A stretch of 64,000 nt of DNA, from positions 169,255 through 233,254 of the forward strand of contig CAWBWE010000020.1 in NCBI GenBank assembly GCA_963792395.1, given 5' to 3'. This document shows positions 61,424 through 64,000 of the stretch, in pieces. The notes under the pieces were generated by a model that was not told the DNA's origin, searched no databases, and worked only from the letters and a program-made list of their open reading frames with translations. Each line of letters opens with the position of its first letter. Within the stretch, counting starts at the first letter, position 1. This DNA comes from an uncultured Bacteroidales bacterium. Lineage in GTDB: Bacteria; Bacteroidota; Bacteroidia; Bacteroidales; GCA-2748055. The translations under genes were made by a program, and so were the position numbers.

Positions 61424-62436
61424 CGGACTGAATCCGGTTTGCTGATGGGAATCAACTCGTTTATCAACTCCTTTCCCCTGATGAAAGTGTTCAGGTTTTC
61501 CAGCGTAGTAGCTGCAATCTGTTCCAGTGCCTCTCTGGTCAGAAAAGCCTGATGGGCCGTTATCAATACATTTGGAAAAGACATCAAACGTGCAATCTCG
61601 TCATCCTGGAGGATTTGTTCAGACCGGTCCTTGAAAAACAATTTCTCCTCCTGTTCATAAACATCGATGCCCAGATAGCCCAGGTGGCGCTTTTTTAGCG
61701 AGGTAATGACATCATGGGTTTTAACCAGAGCCCCCCGGCTGGTGTTTATCAGCATCACACCCGGCTTCATCATGTTAAGGGTCCTTTCATTTATCAGGTG
61801 GGTGGTCTCTGTGGTAAGCGGACAGTGGAGGGAGATAATGTCCGATTTGGACAGGAGCTCTTCCAGGCTAATATAATTCATCCCGGACGATTCTAAAGCT
61901 TCGTTTGGAAATTTATCATAGGCCAGGACCCGGCAGCCTAAGCCTGCCATGATGGAGGCAAATGCAGCCCCGATTCTTCCTGTTCCAATAACCCCAACTG
62001 TTTTACCGGACAGATTAAATCCGGTAAGCCGCGCCAGGGAGAAGTTCCCTTCCCGGACACGGTTATAGGCCTTATGTGTTTTTCGGTTCAAGGTCAGAAT
62101 CAGGGCCAGGGCATGCTCGGCCACAGCCTCCGGAGAGTAAGCCGGAACCCTGACTACTTTTATACCTGCATCAGCGGCAGCTTCCAGGTCCACATTGTTA
62201 AACCCGGCGCATCGAAGAGCGATTATGGAGGTTCCGTGCTCCTTCAATATGCCGATGGTCTCTCTGTCCAGTTTGTCGTTTACAAAGACGATTACGGCAT
62301 TGAATCCGGCCGCCAGATGAGCGGTCTGGCTTCTTAACCTGGCCTCAAAATGGGTAATTTCAAAATTTAAGCTTTTGTTTGCCTCATCAAAGTACTCCTT
62401 ATCATAGGAGGTGGAGCTGAAAAATGCTATTCTCAT
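61420..62436 (-). CDS. ldhA: D-lactate dehydrogenase (D-2-hydroxyacid dehydrogenase family)
   Basis: It is near-collinear with the E. coli LdhA pattern, including ALRCAGFNNVDLEAA, VVRVPAYSPEAVAEHA and GVIGTGRIG. Confidence 0.88.
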   Translation of the reverse strand: MRIAFFSSTSYDKEYFDEANKSLNFEITHFEARLRSQTAHLAAGFNAVIVFVNDKLDRETIGILKEHGTSIIALRCAGFNNVDLEAAADAGIKVVRVPAYSPEAVAEHALALILTLNRKTHKAYNRVREGNFSLARLTGFNLSGKTVGVIGTGRIGAAFASIMAGLGCRVLAYDKFPNEALESSGMNYISLEELLSKSDIISLHCPLTTETTHLINERTLNMMKPGVMLINTSRGALVKTHDVITSLKKRHLGYLGIDVYEQEEKLFFKDRSEQILQDDEIARLMSFPNVLITAHQAFLTREALEQIAATTLENLNTFIRGKELINELIPISKPDSVR

Positions 62437-62511
62437 CTAGGTATAACAAGAAGGAGCTACTTTTGTGCTAGCCTTGAGAAATTTCATATTTTAGTAAACT
62501 AATTCTGAAGA

Positions 62512-63444
62512 ATGACTTTATCTAGAAAATACCTCTTCCTGCCGGCTATCCTGCTGCTTGCTCTTTTATTCACGGAGTGTTCAGAGGAGAAAGAGCCCGG
62601 TACATCTGGTATCCTGGTCTCCACCCAATGGCTTCAGGATCATATGAATGATCCCGATGTGGTGCTTCTTCATTCCGGATCAAAAAGCAGCTTTGATTCC
62701 CTTCATATTCCCGGAGCCAGGTATATTGATCCCGCTGATTTTACGGTTAATACTTCGGATAATCGAAATGAAATTCCCCCGGCCGACAGCATTCTGGAAC
62801 TGTTGAGACGGGTGGGTGTGGAAAATAATTCCAGAATTATTCTCTATTACGAAGATTCAAGACTCCTCTCACGTACGGCGCGGGTATTTTTTACCCTGGA
62901 TCAGGTGGGTTTGGGTGAGCAAACCTTTGTTCTGGATGGAGGCTTACCCGCCTGGAAGGAGGAGGGGCGTGAGACCACCGATGTTTCTGCAGCTTTTTCA
63001 TATGGCAAACTGTCATTTTCTCAAGCCAGGGAGGTGCGGATAAGTGCTGAAGAACTGGAGCGGGAGCGCTGGAGCCCTGATGTGTTGGTGTTCGATACCA
63101 GATCGGATGAAGAGTATGCTGGAACTCCGGGCACGGCAGAACTTCCTGCGGAAGGAGGTCACATAGAAGGCGCCTATTTTTTTCCTTACCAGTCGATCCT
63201 CCAGGAGAATCACGACCATCTGTTTAAACCTGAAGCGGAATTGAAAAAGCTGTTCCGGGAGGCCGGAATGGATCCGGATAAGGTAAATATTGTATATTGT
63301 GGATCCGGGATCCGGGCATCGGTAGCTTACCTGGCAGCCAGACATCTGAAATACCCGGTTAGGCTCTATGACGGATCATATGAGGAATGGGAAAAGTTGA
63401 AACTGCCTTTAACCGGGCCAGTTGCACTAGCTCCCGGAGGATGA
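62512..63444 (+). CDS. tandem-rhodanese sulfurtransferase lipoprotein
   Basis: The lipobox is LLALLFTEC. It has two rhodanese domains. The active-site loop is YCGSGIRAS. Confidence 0.8.
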   Translation: MTLSRKYLFLPAILLLALLFTECSEEKEPGTSGILVSTQWLQDHMNDPDVVLLHSGSKSSFDSLHIPGARYIDPADFTVNTSDNRNEIPPADSILELLRRVGVENNSRIILYYEDSRLLSRTARVFFTLDQVGLGEQTFVLDGGLPAWKEEGRETTDVSAAFSYGKLSFSQAREVRISAEELERERWSPDVLVFDTRSDEEYAGTPGTAELPAEGGHIEGAYFFPYQSILQENHDHLFKPEAELKKLFREAGMDPDKVNIVYCGSGIRASVAYLAARHLKYPVRLYDGSYEEWEKLKLPLTGPVALAPGG

Positions 63445-63980
63445 ATAAACTCTTACTTATGACGAAAAAAGAACCCCGTCCCTACTGGAACCCGTATATT
63501 GTGGGTGTTGGCATTGGCCTTCTTATTATCCTCTCCTTTTTTGTTACCGGGAGAGGGCTGGGTGCCGTAGGAGCATTCAGTGGACTCATGGCCTCCCTGG
63601 TACATGCCATCGCTCCTGATTATGCGCTGTCAAAAGCAGCCTATTCCACTTATCTGGCAGGAGTGGACCATCCCTTGAAAGACTGGGTGGTGATTGAAAT
63701 AGCCGGTGTTTGCATCGGCGGACTCATGTCGGGGATCGTTTCCCGCAGATTCAAATTTGAAGTGATCAAAGGTCCCCGTGTCTCAAATGTGACCCGGCTT
63801 GTTTTTGCTTTCTCGGGGGGACTCCTAATGGCCTATGCCGCCAAATTTACCCGTGGGTGCACCAGCGGACTGGCCCTGAGTGGCGGTTCCGTACTTAGTC
63901 CGGGTGCCTGGCTATTTATGATCTCCGTATTTATAGGGGGTTATTCCATCGCCTGGTTAATGAAAAAAGCATGGAACTAA
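63441..63980 (+). CDS. YeeE/YedE-family sulfur-compound (thiosulfate) transporter, first half-gene
   Basis: The ATG overlaps the rhodanese stop (ATGA). The protein is polytopic, with the conserved motif FTRGCTSGLALSGG. A further ORF starts at 63980 (TAATG overlap) and runs off the window, probably the second YeeE/YedE half. Confidence 0.75.
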   Translation: MNKLLLMTKKEPRPYWNPYIVGVGIGLLIILSFFVTGRGLGAVGAFSGLMASLVHAIAPDYALSKAAYSTYLAGVDHPLKDWVVIEIAGVCIGGLMSGIVSRRFKFEVIKGPRVSNVTRLVFAFSGGLLMAYAAKFTRGCTSGLALSGGSVLSPGAWLFMISVFIGGYSIAWLMKKAWN

Positions 63981-64000
63981 TGGCTCCTCTTCAATTTACA

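Noticed and set aside
62512-63444. The rhodanese lipoprotein as an ExtH-like component of the cytochrome conduit (Geobacter ExtHIJKL includes a rhodanese-like lipoprotein).
   Set aside because: It lies 18 kb from the cytochrome operon with many unrelated genes between. It is translationally coupled to a YeeE/YedE transporter, which explains it better.

Overview
This window looks like chromosomal DNA from an anaerobic, Bacteroidota-like bacterium. The taxonomic guess is an inference from a T9SS sorting-domain remnant, fused FeoAB and CcsBA genes, a propeller/Y_Y_Y sensor kinase and TAnnTTTG-type -7 boxes. I found no rRNA, tRNA, CRISPR array or mobile element. Two loci stand out. (1) At 36.1-44.0 kb there is a tight seven-gene operon. 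It encodes four multihaem c-type cytochromes (28 CXXCH plus 2 CX3CH motifs), two NHL beta-propeller proteins and a 653-aa cysteine-free outer-membrane beta-barrel. I read it as a candidate porin-cytochrome extracellular electron-transfer conduit with unusual composition. A metal permease, FeoAB and the cytochrome c synthase CcsBA lie within 10 kb. (2) At 9.3-22.3 kb there is a hydrogen-metabolism and regulation supercluster. A NuoEF-linked HydCBA-type [FeFe]-hydrogenase is flanked by two divergent hydrogenase-like sensor paralogs. One is fused to a histidine kinase. The other carries a PAS domain, is followed by a PP2C phosphatase and lacks most or all H-cluster cysteines. The cluster also holds a receiver protein, a receiver-kinase hybrid, Rex, a RibF-like protein and a TM1266-type regulator. 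The catalytic HydA itself has non-canonical L1 and L2 motifs. Next to this lies a peptide-fermentation module (aminotransferase, 2-oxoacid:ferredoxin oxidoreductase, ADP-forming acyl-CoA synthetase). Roughly 20 genes, including housekeeping genes such as lon, gmk and nadD, are split by frameshifts. The breaks fall in discrete blocks, which points to patchy sequence quality rather than gene decay. All calls rest on manual motif reading of the ORF track; no database search was possible.
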